A DNA stretch of 63,862 nucleotides, counting the filler. It is 5 parts of 5 records of this genome, joined end to end, with 100 filler letters (N's around TTAATTAATTAA, not from the genome) between each part and the next. Parts side by side here need not be neighbours in the genome. Positions count along the whole stretch, not along the records: positions 1 to 11,325 come from SRR22947727_235; positions 11,426 to 29,035 come from SRR22947727_238; 3 more parts are not named here. One strand, given 5' to 3'. The notes under the pieces are model-generated. The model did no database searches and was not told the origin of the DNA. It saw only the letters and a program-made list of their open reading frames with translations. The position numbers were made by a program, and so were the translations under genes. Positions 8,741 through 17,319 of the stretch are shown here, in pieces (position 1 is the first letter of the stretch; the number at the start of each line of letters is the position of its first letter).

Positions 8741-10341
8741 GATTTTAAATCCAGGCGAGTTAAAACGTCTTGACGCACGAGTTTCTTATCCAGCTTGCCG
8801 ACACTTGTTTTAGGAAGGTGGTCGACAAAGATTATTTCGTCTGGAATTGCCCATTTTGAGATCTCGCCTACGTCGACACGCATCTGAATTTCTTCCACTA
8901 TATTCAAGCGCACGAGATCCCGGTCTGTATTATTTTTGATTTGAACAGCCAAAACTGGCCTTTCGCCCCATTTCGCGTTTGGGCATCCAATAGCTGCCAC
9001 CTCCTCAACACCGTAGCAAGACGATGCTATGTTTTCCAATATCAATGAAGATATCCATTCGCCGCCAGTCTTAATCACGTCCTTGAGTCGGTCAGTAATC
9101 TGCAAAGATCCATTCTCGCGGATATACCCAACATCCCCAGTATGCAGATACCCACCGTCCCAAAGGTCATTCGAGGCTTGCGGATTATCCAGATAGCCTT
9201 GTGTCAACCAGGGAGCCCGCGCAACAACTTCGCCCGTTGTTTCACCGTCATGCGGAACGTCTTTCATATCCGGTGTCACAACGCGGATGTCGACAAGAGG
9301 ACCGGAAAACCCCGTTTGCGACTGCACCTCCGGATCATTACTGGACAAATCAGCCACTGTCAGAAACGGACAGGTTTCAGACATCCCATATGCTGCATGC
9401 ACCGAAATACCTGCCGCCGCAGCGCGATCCTGCAGATCGCGCGGCAAAGCAGCCCCGCCAATGATCACTTTCCATCTGTGCAGGTCAATTTGTGGGCAAT
9501 CCGGATGGTCGAGCACCATTGATAGAACCGTGGGCACGCAGTGGGAAAAAGTGACATTTTCGTCTACAATCAACCGCAAGATTGTGTCAGGGTCATATCG
9601 ACCGGGATAGACCTGACGTAGCCCCAGCATCGTTGCGGCATAAGGAAACCCCCAACCGTGGACATGAAACAAGGGAGTCAGCGGCATGTATACGTCGCCG
9701 CGATGAAATCCGGCATTCCCGGGCCACGCGCCAAAACCAGCAATCAGGCCCAACGTGTGAAGGACCAACTGCCGATGTGAATAGCTCACCCCCTTGGGAT
9801 TGCCGGTGGTCCCGGTTGTGTAAAACAAGGTTGCGGCATGGTTTTCATCGAAGTCCGGGAAGTCAAACCTTTCCGGTGACTCGCCTATCCACTCTTCATA
9901 ACCTTCACCTTCTCCAATCGGCATAATGATGATATTCCGCTCAAAACCCGATTTGATATCATCAATGAGTGGCATGAAATCGCTGTGTACGATAATCAGA
10001 TCCGGTTTGCCGTGGTTGATAGTATAAAGAACTTGGGCAGGAGATAGACGGATGTTGATCGTAAAAAGGGTTGCACCCATCATAGGGACCGCGAAAAAAC
10101 ATTCAAGATATCGGCTTGTATCCCAATCTATGACACCGATGCGCATGCCCTCAAATATCCCACTGGCCTTCAGAGAATGAGCAAGTTGGTGCACACGTTT
10201 CTCAAACGCCTCATAGCTCAATCGAATACCTGCGCCGTTGACAATCTCCTGACGAGCGCAAGCCCTATTTGAGCTGGTCAACAGGTGCTTGATTAGCAAC
10301 GGATGGTCATATGCATCTGATGCAGGCGACAATATCGGCAT
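8737..10341 (-). CDS. medium-chain acyl-CoA ligase (AlkK/DmdB-like ANL enzyme)
   Basis: YTTGTTGNPKG, YGMSET, YLHTGD and PKTSVGKLDK motifs; AAGGA SD. Confidence 0.93.
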   Translation of the reverse strand: MPILSPASDAYDHPLLIKHLLTSSNRACARQEIVNGAGIRLSYEAFEKRVHQLAHSLKASGIFEGMRIGVIDWDTSRYLECFFAVPMMGATLFTINIRLSPAQVLYTINHGKPDLIIVHSDFMPLIDDIKSGFERNIIIMPIGEGEGYEEWIGESPERFDFPDFDENHAATLFYTTGTTGNPKGVSYSHRQLVLHTLGLIAGFGAWPGNAGFHRGDVYMPLTPLFHVHGWGFPYAATMLGLRQVYPGRYDPDTILRLIVDENVTFSHCVPTVLSMVLDHPDCPQIDLHRWKVIIGGAALPRDLQDRAAAAGISVHAAYGMSETCPFLTVADLSSNDPEVQSQTGFSGPLVDIRVVTPDMKDVPHDGETTGEVVARAPWLTQGYLDNPQASNDLWDGGYLHTGDVGYIRENGSLQITDRLKDVIKTGGEWISSLILENIASSCYGVEEVAAIGCPNAKWGERPVLAVQIKNNTDRDLVRLNIVEEIQMRVDVGEISKWAIPDEIIFVDHLPKTSVGKLDKKLVRQDVLTRLDLKS

Positions 10342-10494
10342 CTAGGTCAAATCCTTACAATTTTATGTCTCAACTCTGGCATTTCATAGATTTTTTACAA
10401 GTGAAAAAATTTTACAATCATTAAAAAAAATTCAAGGGATTTATTGAACTGAATGTGTTGTGATTAATTATTATAAACTATTAAGAGGAAAATA

Positions 10495-11325
10495 ATGAAA
10501 ATAATTAAAAAAATAGTAATTTCTTCATTAGCTGTCTTAAGTTTCACTTTATTTACTGGTGTTGCTAATGCTGCATGTGGAAAGATTACAATAGCTAACA
10601 TGAACTGGGCATCAGCAAATTTCATGGCTGAAGTTGACAAAATAATTTTAGAAAAAGGTTATGGATGTGAAGTTGAGCTAGTTCCAGGTGCAACTATGCC
10701 TACATTTACATCAATGCAAGAAAAAGGTGAGCCAGATGTAGCTCCTGAGTTTTGGGCAAATGTTGCAATCGTTGCTTTGAACAAAGCAGTAGATGAAGGC
10801 AAAATGCACTCTGTCAACAAAGCTCCAATTACTGGATTGGGTGAAGGTTGGTTTATATTACCTGCAACTTTAGAAAAACATCCAGAGCTTACAACTGCAG
10901 ATGCAGTTTTAAAAAGACCTGATCTATTTCCACATCCAGAAGATCCTTCAAAAGGTGGATTTCATATCTGTCCTCCAGGATGGAACTGTGAACTAAGTAA
11001 CAGAAACCATTTTAGAGCTTGGGGTATGGAAGAAAAAGGATGGATGATTGTAGAAACAGGTTCGGCTGCTGGATTAGATGGTTCAGTAGCTAAAGCTGCT
11101 GAAAGAGGTGAAAACTGGTTTGGATATTACTGGTCACCAACTGCTCTAATCGGTAAATATAATTTGCAAGCTGTAGATATGGGTGAATTTGCTGGAAAAG
11201 ATAACTGGGATAAATGTATAGTTTTACCAGAACAAGAATGTGCTGATCCAAAAAAATCTTCATGGGTAAAATCTGAAGTTTTCACAATTACAACTGATAA
11301 CTTTATGAAAACAGCTGGTAAAGAT
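10495..11325 (+). CDS. glycine betaine/onium-compound ABC transporter substrate-binding protein (ProX/OpuAC family), 3'-truncated by linker
   Basis: Signal peptide; MNWASA, YGCEVELVPG, PEFWAN, CPPGWNC and GYYWSP motifs; GAGGA SD. Confidence 0.9.
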
Positions 11326-11425
11326 NNNNNNNNNNNNNNNNNNNNNNNNNNNNNNNNNNNNNNNNNNNNTTAATTAATTAANNNNNNNNNNNNNNNNNNN
11401 NNNNNNNNNNNNNNNNNNNNNNNNN
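11326..11425. other. artificial assembly linker
   Basis: N44-TTAATTAATTAA-N44, with stops in all six frames. Confidence 0.99.
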
Positions 11426-11446
11426 CGAGTCTGGCCGAGGGCACCA
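11426..11446 (+). tRNA. 3' fragment of a tRNA (T-loop/T-stem, acceptor strand and CCA; probably Leu)
   Basis: CGAGTCTGGC-CGAGGGC-A-CCA right after the gap; resembles tRNA-Leu 3' ends; anticodon not visible. Confidence 0.75.
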
Positions 11447-11450
11447 CTAA

Positions 11451-12221
11451 ATGAATCTACCTCAAATTAAATATGATAAAAATAAAAAATCTTTTAAGAT
11501 TAAAAATCTATTATTAAAGAAAATAACAGCACATCGATTTGAAAAAAAAAATCTCATGATTGTAATTGGAGGTGATGGCTTCATGCTGGAAACTTTAAAA
11601 AAAAATAAAGATTCAAAAAAAAATTTTTATGGAATTAACTCTGGTAATTATGGATTTTTAATGAATAAATTTTCATATAAAAATATTATTAATAATTTAT
11701 CTAAAGCTAAAATGATTTCTATTTCACCTTTAGAAATGACAGTTAGAAATAAAAAAAATCAAGTTAAAAAATCTTTGGCAATTAATGAGGTGTCCGTTTT
11801 AAGACAAAGTAGACAAGCTGCATCTTTGTCAATTAAACAAGGGTCAAAAACTATTATTAAAAAACTTGTTTCAGATGGAGTTCTTGTTTCAACACCTGCT
11901 GGAAGTACTGCTTACAATCTTTCTGTGCATGGACCAATACTTAGTTTAAATTCAAAAAAGATATCAATTGCACCTATAAGTCCATTTAGACCCAGAAGAT
12001 GGAAAGGAAAAGTAGTCAACGATAAATTAAAAATTGCAATCACAAACTTAAATTCAAAAAAAAGACCAGTAAGTGCTGTTGCCGATAATTTGGAATTTAG
12101 AAATGCCAAATCAATAATTGTGAAAACAAATAATAAAATTAAGTTTAATCTCCTTTATGACAAAAATAGAAGTTTGCAAAAAAAGATTAAGATTGAACAA
12201 TTAAGAAAAGAAATTAAATAA
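11451..12221 (+). CDS. nadK: NAD kinase
   Basis: GGDGFML, INEV and DGVLVSTPAGSTAY motifs. Confidence 0.95.
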   Translation: MNLPQIKYDKNKKSFKIKNLLLKKITAHRFEKKNLMIVIGGDGFMLETLKKNKDSKKNFYGINSGNYGFLMNKFSYKNIINNLSKAKMISISPLEMTVRNKKNQVKKSLAINEVSVLRQSRQAASLSIKQGSKTIIKKLVSDGVLVSTPAGSTAYNLSVHGPILSLNSKKISIAPISPFRPRRWKGKVVNDKLKIAITNLNSKKRPVSAVADNLEFRNAKSIIVKTNNKIKFNLLYDKNRSLQKKIKIEQLRKEIK

Positions 12222-12247
12222 GTGTAACAAATCAGTTGATATTTTTT

Positions 12248-12835
12248 TTATAAAGATTCCCAAATTTTTGAATATTTTAATTCTGTCATTATTGCAGAGG
12301 GTTTAAAGTTATTTTTTCTAAAAAAATTAATATACTTTTTAATATCTTTTTCTCTATTCCATCTTTCTGGGCTTACTAAACAAGATTTAAATTTTTTAAT
12401 AATCTGAATATTATTTTTATTTAAGGGTAATTTATTTATTGTATCTATCCAAATCCATGAAATAAAAGATTTAAAATGTATACTTAAATCCAAGGGTTCA
12501 TATTCTGAAAACCTAGAAGATAGATACTTTTTATTCTTTTTTTTTGAGGTTATTATAAAAGGGTGTTCAACATCTAATAAAAAAAAACTTTTAACTTTAT
12601 ATTTTTTTGCTAAAAAAATTATTTCTTTTTCAATTCCTGCTTCTTTAATGTTAAAAATTATTGTTCCATGATTATATATTTTCAAAAAATCAACTAATCT
12701 ATCACCTTTTTTTTTTGGCTCATGATTTATAATTATTTTTGAAGCAAGTGATCTAACATCAATTTCAACACCAAATTTTGTTGGTATTTGTTTAAGTTTT
12801 TTAATTGAATTAACTCTATGAATAATTATTTCCAT
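12248..12835 (-). CDS. GDPD/PI-PLC-like phosphodiesterase
   Basis: IHR, GVEIDVR, INHEP, FNIKE, WIWID and LVSPE pattern. Confidence 0.75.
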   Translation of the reverse strand: MEIIIHRVNSIKKLKQIPTKFGVEIDVRSLASKIIINHEPKKKGDRLVDFLKIYNHGTIIFNIKEAGIEKEIIFLAKKYKVKSFFLLDVEHPFIITSKKKNKKYLSSRFSEYEPLDLSIHFKSFISWIWIDTINKLPLNKNNIQIIKKFKSCLVSPERWNREKDIKKYINFFRKNNFKPSAIMTELKYSKIWESL

Positions 12836-13536
12836 TTTTTTTTTAATTCTTTAATAAATAATAGAGATCTAATAGTTAATTTTATTTTACCAACTAGATT
12901 TCCACCTCCTTTTGCTTCACCAGAATATCTTTCCCCCCAGTAAATTGGATAGTTAACTATTTTATAATTATTATAACATGCAATTAATAAAATATATAGA
13001 TCAAGTGAAAAGTCCTTAGGTGGATTTTTAAAATTATTTAAAATTTTTTTATTAAATATCTTTGGTTGAGCATTGATGTCACTTATTGATGTTTTAAAAA
13101 TTAAATTAACTATTTTTGACATACAAAACGTAAAAAAATAATCAAATATATTTCTATTTTTTCTAACACCTTTAACAAGAATATTCTGTTTTAAAAGTTT
13201 CATTTTGTGTAATTTTATAGCTTTTAAAACTTGATTAGGATTAATCTGTAAATCTGCATGAAACCACGCTAAAATTTTTCCTTTAGAACTATTTACACCA
13301 GTTAAAATACCATGACCATATCCAATATTTCTTTTAATATTCTTAATTATAAAATTATTTCTGTTATAAATTTTATGAGTTTTTAAAATTTTTATAGTTT
13401 CATCAGTTGAACCGTTATTGACTAAAATTACCTCAATAGTTTTATCTTTTTTTAATATTGAATCTAATTTGTTACATAGTTTAAATAAATTTTTTGACTC
13501 ATTGTAACTAGGAATTATAAGACTTATTAATGTCAT
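12826..13536 (-). CDS. glycosyltransferase family 2 (DPM1/GtrB-like)
   Basis: IIPSYNE, NNGSTD, GYGHGI and HADLQ motifs. Confidence 0.9.
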   Translation of the reverse strand: MTLISLIIPSYNESKNLFKLCNKLDSILKKDKTIEVILVNNGSTDETIKILKTHKIYNRNNFIIKNIKRNIGYGHGILTGVNSSKGKILAWFHADLQINPNQVLKAIKLHKMKLLKQNILVKGVRKNRNIFDYFFTFCMSKIVNLIFKTSISDINAQPKIFNKKILNNFKNPPKDFSLDLYILLIACYNNYKIVNYPIYWGERYSGEAKGGGNLVGKIKLTIRSLLFIKELKKKWK

Positions 13537-13539
13537 TTT

Positions 13540-14274
13540 TTAATTTTGAGAATTTATAAGTTCCACAGGTGTGCCCCAGCTTATATAATTTGTTACTTTA
13601 ATAAACGAAACATTTAAACCAAGTTTTAATGCTACATTAACACATGAATCAAGATAAAATTCATTGTTAACACGGATATTTAATTTAAATAATTCTTTTA
13701 ATATTTTATTAAAAACAATCTTATTCTTAAAAACAAATGAGCCAATAATAATCCAATCGTTTTCAGGATTGTTACTAACTTTTTTTTTACAATTAGATTT
13801 TACTATTTTATGATTATTGATTTTTAACCAACCAAAATCATTAACTTTTTTTAATTGATTTTTTTTTGGTTTAGATACAAAAACTATCAGATCATTAGAT
13901 TTAAGCTTCTCATTTAATTCCTTTTTTTTATATCTAAAAAATAAGTCACATGAAGTAATATAAATTTCAGATAATCTATCAATATATTTTTGCGCTTTAA
14001 AGATTGTATCAGCTTGACCCTTAGTTTTTTTTTTAAGAAAAATAATTTTATATTTTTGAATTCTATTCTTAATTATCTTAATATAATTTTTCTTAAATTC
14101 ATTTATTTTGATTAAAAATAACCAATTATTATTATGACCAAATGTTTTTGACGCTTTTAAAAACATTTCAATATTTTTAATCTTAATTAATGGTTTAGAA
14201 ATTTTAAAACCTTTCTTTTTGAATCGAATGCCGTCACCAGCCATTGGCATTATAAAAATTTTTTTATTTTTCAT
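13540..14274 (-). CDS. sugar-phosphate nucleotidyltransferase (NTP transferase family)
   Basis: PMAGDGIRF...SKPL, KGQADT, SCD, NEFY and WGTP motifs. Confidence 0.85.
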   Translation of the reverse strand: MKNKKIFIMPMAGDGIRFKKKGFKISKPLIKIKNIEMFLKASKTFGHNNNWLFLIKINEFKKNYIKIIKNRIQKYKIIFLKKKTKGQADTIFKAQKYIDRLSEIYITSCDLFFRYKKKELNEKLKSNDLIVFVSKPKKNQLKKVNDFGWLKINNHKIVKSNCKKKVSNNPENDWIIIGSFVFKNKIVFNKILKELFKLNIRVNNEFYLDSCVNVALKLGLNVSFIKVTNYISWGTPVELINSQN

Positions 14275-14872
14275 AAGTTATATTTGATTTCCATAAAAAA
14301 TTATGTCTACTATTTTTATACTCATAAAAATAAATATATTTAAAGTTTTCATTTACTTTTTTTTTGTTATTTAAAAAATTATAAAAAATTTCATCTTTAA
14401 TTTTTTTTTTATGAATTGACACAATAGTAAAGTGTGGTTTCCATTGATTATTAACAAAGTGATAACCATAATTCTTATAGTTATTGTTAAAAATATTATT
14501 TTTTAATTTTTTTTTATCTTTAATTAATATTTTATTAAATTTTTGTAAAATTTTTTTTTGAATATTACTTAGCAATTTATTTTTTTTAATAAATATTGCA
14601 AATGTTGTTTTTTTTGTGATGGGATCATTTAAAAAAAAATGTCTTTTTTGTAAATTTAACTTAAATTGAATATTCTTTATTTTTTTGATTGATAAATTGG
14701 AGTCTTTTATTTGTTTTAGTAAATTTTTTTTAATATTTAGAACACAGATTGTTAAATGAGGAGGGTGATCAAGGTACGTTTGACTACCATATTTGTTAAA
14801 AATTATTTTTTTGAGATATTTAATCTCTTTTAGAAATTTTTTTTCAGGTTTAATTAGAGCGACTAGCTTCAT
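14264..14872 (-). CDS. 2H phosphoesterase (2'-5' RNA ligase superfamily)
   Basis: Two HxT motifs: PPHLTI and KPHFTI. Confidence 0.8.
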   Translation of the reverse strand: MKLVALIKPEKKFLKEIKYLKKIIFNKYGSQTYLDHPPHLTICVLNIKKNLLKQIKDSNLSIKKIKNIQFKLNLQKRHFFLNDPITKKTTFAIFIKKNKLLSNIQKKILQKFNKILIKDKKKLKNNIFNNNYKNYGYHFVNNQWKPHFTIVSIHKKKIKDEIFYNFLNNKKKVNENFKYIYFYEYKNSRHNFLWKSNITYEK

Positions 14873-16265
14873 TTATTTTATATTTCATTATTTTCTTTAA
14901 CTTGTTTCTGTTAATATTGGGCATAAGTTTATTATTGATCATTACAAAATTTATTTGGTCTAAGTGATCAATTTTTAATTTAAACCATTCATCTTTTTTT
15001 ATGTTAAAAAAAATACCAATCAGGCACCTTAAAAATACATTATGTGTAACAACTAAATATTTTTTTTGTTTTTTTTTGCTTAATTTTTTTTTTAAAAATT
15101 TAATAAAATTGAATATACGTATTTTTAAATCATTTAAATTTTCCCCATTAGGGAACCTGGGATCTTTTTTTTGTTTCCATTGTTTTATAATATCGGGGTA
15201 TCTCACTTTCAAATCATTAAATTTTAAATTATCGACATCACCATAATTAATTTCATTCAATTCTTTTTTAATTTCTATCTTTTTGTATCTAAATTTTTTT
15301 GCTGTTTTGATAGATCTTTTTAATGGACTGCTAAAGATTTCATCATAGAGAGATTGATCTTTATTTATAAAATTTATTATTTTAATATCATTTTTTCTTC
15401 CTAAAAAAATATTCTTTTTATTTAGTTTTGTTTTTCCGTGACGAATGAATGTTATTTCATTTGAATTGGATTTAATTTCTTTTAATATTTTATAAAAATT
15501 TCTTAAAAATAAACTTGTTGTTAATAAATTTTTTGTATTATTTTCACCTATTGATAAATCAAAATTTCCAAAGTTGTATTTTTTTAATATTTTAGTTCGT
15601 TGTATTTTGTTAATTTTATTGTTTTGTTGATTTAAAAATTTATTAAAATTACTTAAATTATTATTGATAATGTGTTTGCAATAAGTTTTTTTATTTAATT
15701 CATTAAGTTTAATTTGATTATTTATAAATGAATATTTATTCTTTTTAAAAAAATAACTGTATGTAGATATAGTTTCATTTTGTATATCTTTATAATGTTT
15801 ATTAATTGCTCTTCTCGATTTAAAAAAATCGACTAATTGTAATTTTCTTACAGAATATATATCTTCTAAACTTTTACCTGCATTGATATTTTTTCTTTCC
15901 CAATCATAACACGTAAAAGGACTTTTTATAACATGGTTTATATGACCATTTATATCATAAACCATTAAATGTATTACAAAGAATTTTTTTTTATCATATT
16001 TTATTGGCCCAAAAGTATCGTTTATTTTTAATTTTTTAAAAATTGGAAAATTGTGCTTATTGATAATCTTTTTACATTTATTGATAAAATTTTTTGAAAT
16101 TTTTTTTGATATTATAACTAAATCTAAATCACCTATTTCTTTTAATTCTTTATTTTCTGTAAAAGATCCAACTACATTTGCTGAAACACAATCATTTATA
16201 GAATTAATTTTTTCAATTAACACTTTTATATTTCTTTTTTGAATTGAAATTTTTTTATATTTCAT
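14850..16265 (-). CDS. Pol-beta-type nucleotidyltransferase domain fused to a histidine phosphatase
   Basis: N-terminal VGSF...GDLDLV; C-terminal FIRHGKT, SSPLKR, LNEINYG and VVTHN. Confidence 0.8.
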   Translation of the reverse strand: MKYKKISIQKRNIKVLIEKINSINDCVSANVVGSFTENKELKEIGDLDLVIISKKISKNFINKCKKIINKHNFPIFKKLKINDTFGPIKYDKKKFFVIHLMVYDINGHINHVIKSPFTCYDWERKNINAGKSLEDIYSVRKLQLVDFFKSRRAINKHYKDIQNETISTYSYFFKKNKYSFINNQIKLNELNKKTYCKHIINNNLSNFNKFLNQQNNKINKIQRTKILKKYNFGNFDLSIGENNTKNLLTTSLFLRNFYKILKEIKSNSNEITFIRHGKTKLNKKNIFLGRKNDIKIINFINKDQSLYDEIFSSPLKRSIKTAKKFRYKKIEIKKELNEINYGDVDNLKFNDLKVRYPDIIKQWKQKKDPRFPNGENLNDLKIRIFNFIKFLKKKLSKKKQKKYLVVTHNVFLRCLIGIFFNIKKDEWFKLKIDHLDQINFVMINNKLMPNINRNKLKKIMKYKINEASRSN

Positions 16266-17319
16266 ATCTTGATACGGTTTGAAGTTTCATTATCTCAATT
16301 ATTGGATTATCACTTTTTAAAACTGCTGCACCGGATACAATTTTTTCACAATTAATTTTTTTTATTATTTTTGAATTAACACCTCCATCCACAAGTAAAT
16401 TAATCTTATTTCTATTTTTTAATAGATCTAGTCGCTTTATAAGATTAAACGTTTTTTTGTTGAATTTTTGACCTGAATACCCTGGATTATTAATAGATAA
16501 AATCATTACCTCTTTAAAATCGTTTAACGTTTTGTTTAAATTTGGATAATTCAATTTAGAATGTAAAACAATTCCTGGTTCTACATCTTTTTTGATTATA
16601 TATTTTTTTAAATTATTTAAATTTTCATTTATTTCATTGTGGATATATATTATTTTTGAAAATTTGATTACTTTCTTGATTATATAAAGTGGTTTTTTTG
16701 ACATAATATGTGTGTGTATTTCTTTATTAGGCCAGATTTTTTTTATTTCTTTTAGTTTAGAAAAATCAATTTTTTCAGTTTTTTTTTTAACTGTATTATC
16801 TACTATATCGACATGAATAAAATCAGGGAATTCACCAATTTTTTTTTTAATCTTTTTTAGTTCTTCATATCCATTTGCATAAATAGCTACTCCGACTTTA
16901 ATTTTTTTTTTAAATGTTAATGAAATATGCAGAACATACCCTGCAAGAAAAAAAATTCCTGAAGAAAATATTCGCTTAATATTGTAATCATAATTTTCTA
17001 TTATTGATAAATTCTGAAAATTTTTTTGCACTAAAAAAGATAATATTGAAATCAAAGTAAAATATATTAACGATCTTTTTAAATATATTTTTGGAACAGA
17101 AAAATTAAATCTTATATTTAAGTAAAAAGCATAAATTATCCCAATTAAAAGGGCTAAAAAATTATAAAAAAAAGTATTAAAGTTTAAATAATTAAACATA
17201 TTTTTAATACCTAACTCTAATAAAATTGAGGTAAATCCGATTAAAATATAGAGAATTAAAAATTTTTTTTTATAAAAAAAAAAAATTATTTCTTTATTAA
17301 TAATATTAATTCTGTCCAT
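16255..17319 (-). CDS. GtrA-like membrane domain fused to a ribulose-phosphate 3-epimerase-like domain
   Basis: About four hydrophobic helices with LNIRFNF, then HVDIVD, HTHIM, PGYSGQKF, VDGGVN and VSGA. Start revised to MDRINII (17319). Confidence 0.8.
   Translation of the reverse strand: MDRINIINKEIIFFFYKKKFLILYILIGFTSILLELGIKNMFNYLNFNTFFYNFLALLIGIIYAFYLNIRFNFSVPKIYLKRSLIYFTLISILSFLVQKNFQNLSIIENYDYNIKRIFSSGIFFLAGYVLHISLTFKKKIKVGVAIYANGYEELKKIKKKIGEFPDFIHVDIVDNTVKKKTEKIDFSKLKEIKKIWPNKEIHTHIMSKKPLYIIKKVIKFSKIIYIHNEINENLNNLKKYIIKKDVEPGIVLHSKLNYPNLNKTLNDFKEVMILSINNPGYSGQKFNKKTFNLIKRLDLLKNRNKINLLVDGGVNSKIIKKINCEKIVSGAAVLKSDNPIIEIMKLQTVSRYEI

Noticed and set aside
4655-9926. Many long plus-strand ORFs (e.g. 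7006-7836, 276 aa; 5384-5905; 4655-5107)
   Set aside because: Antisense shadows of well-supported minus-strand genes in GC-rich DNA; no motifs or SD sites.
4722-10419. TTTTACAATC as a definite att site or target-site duplication
   Set aside because: AT-rich 10-mer; the left copy lies about 70 bp inside the compositional boundary and there is no integrase or transposase. Kept only as a weak note.
14264-16265. Nucleotidyltransferase plus 2H as an anti-phage (CBASS/AbiE/MNT-HEPN) module
   Set aside because: No effector, HEPN or antitoxin partner, and the genes are translationally coupled to sugar epimerases and glycosyltransferases.
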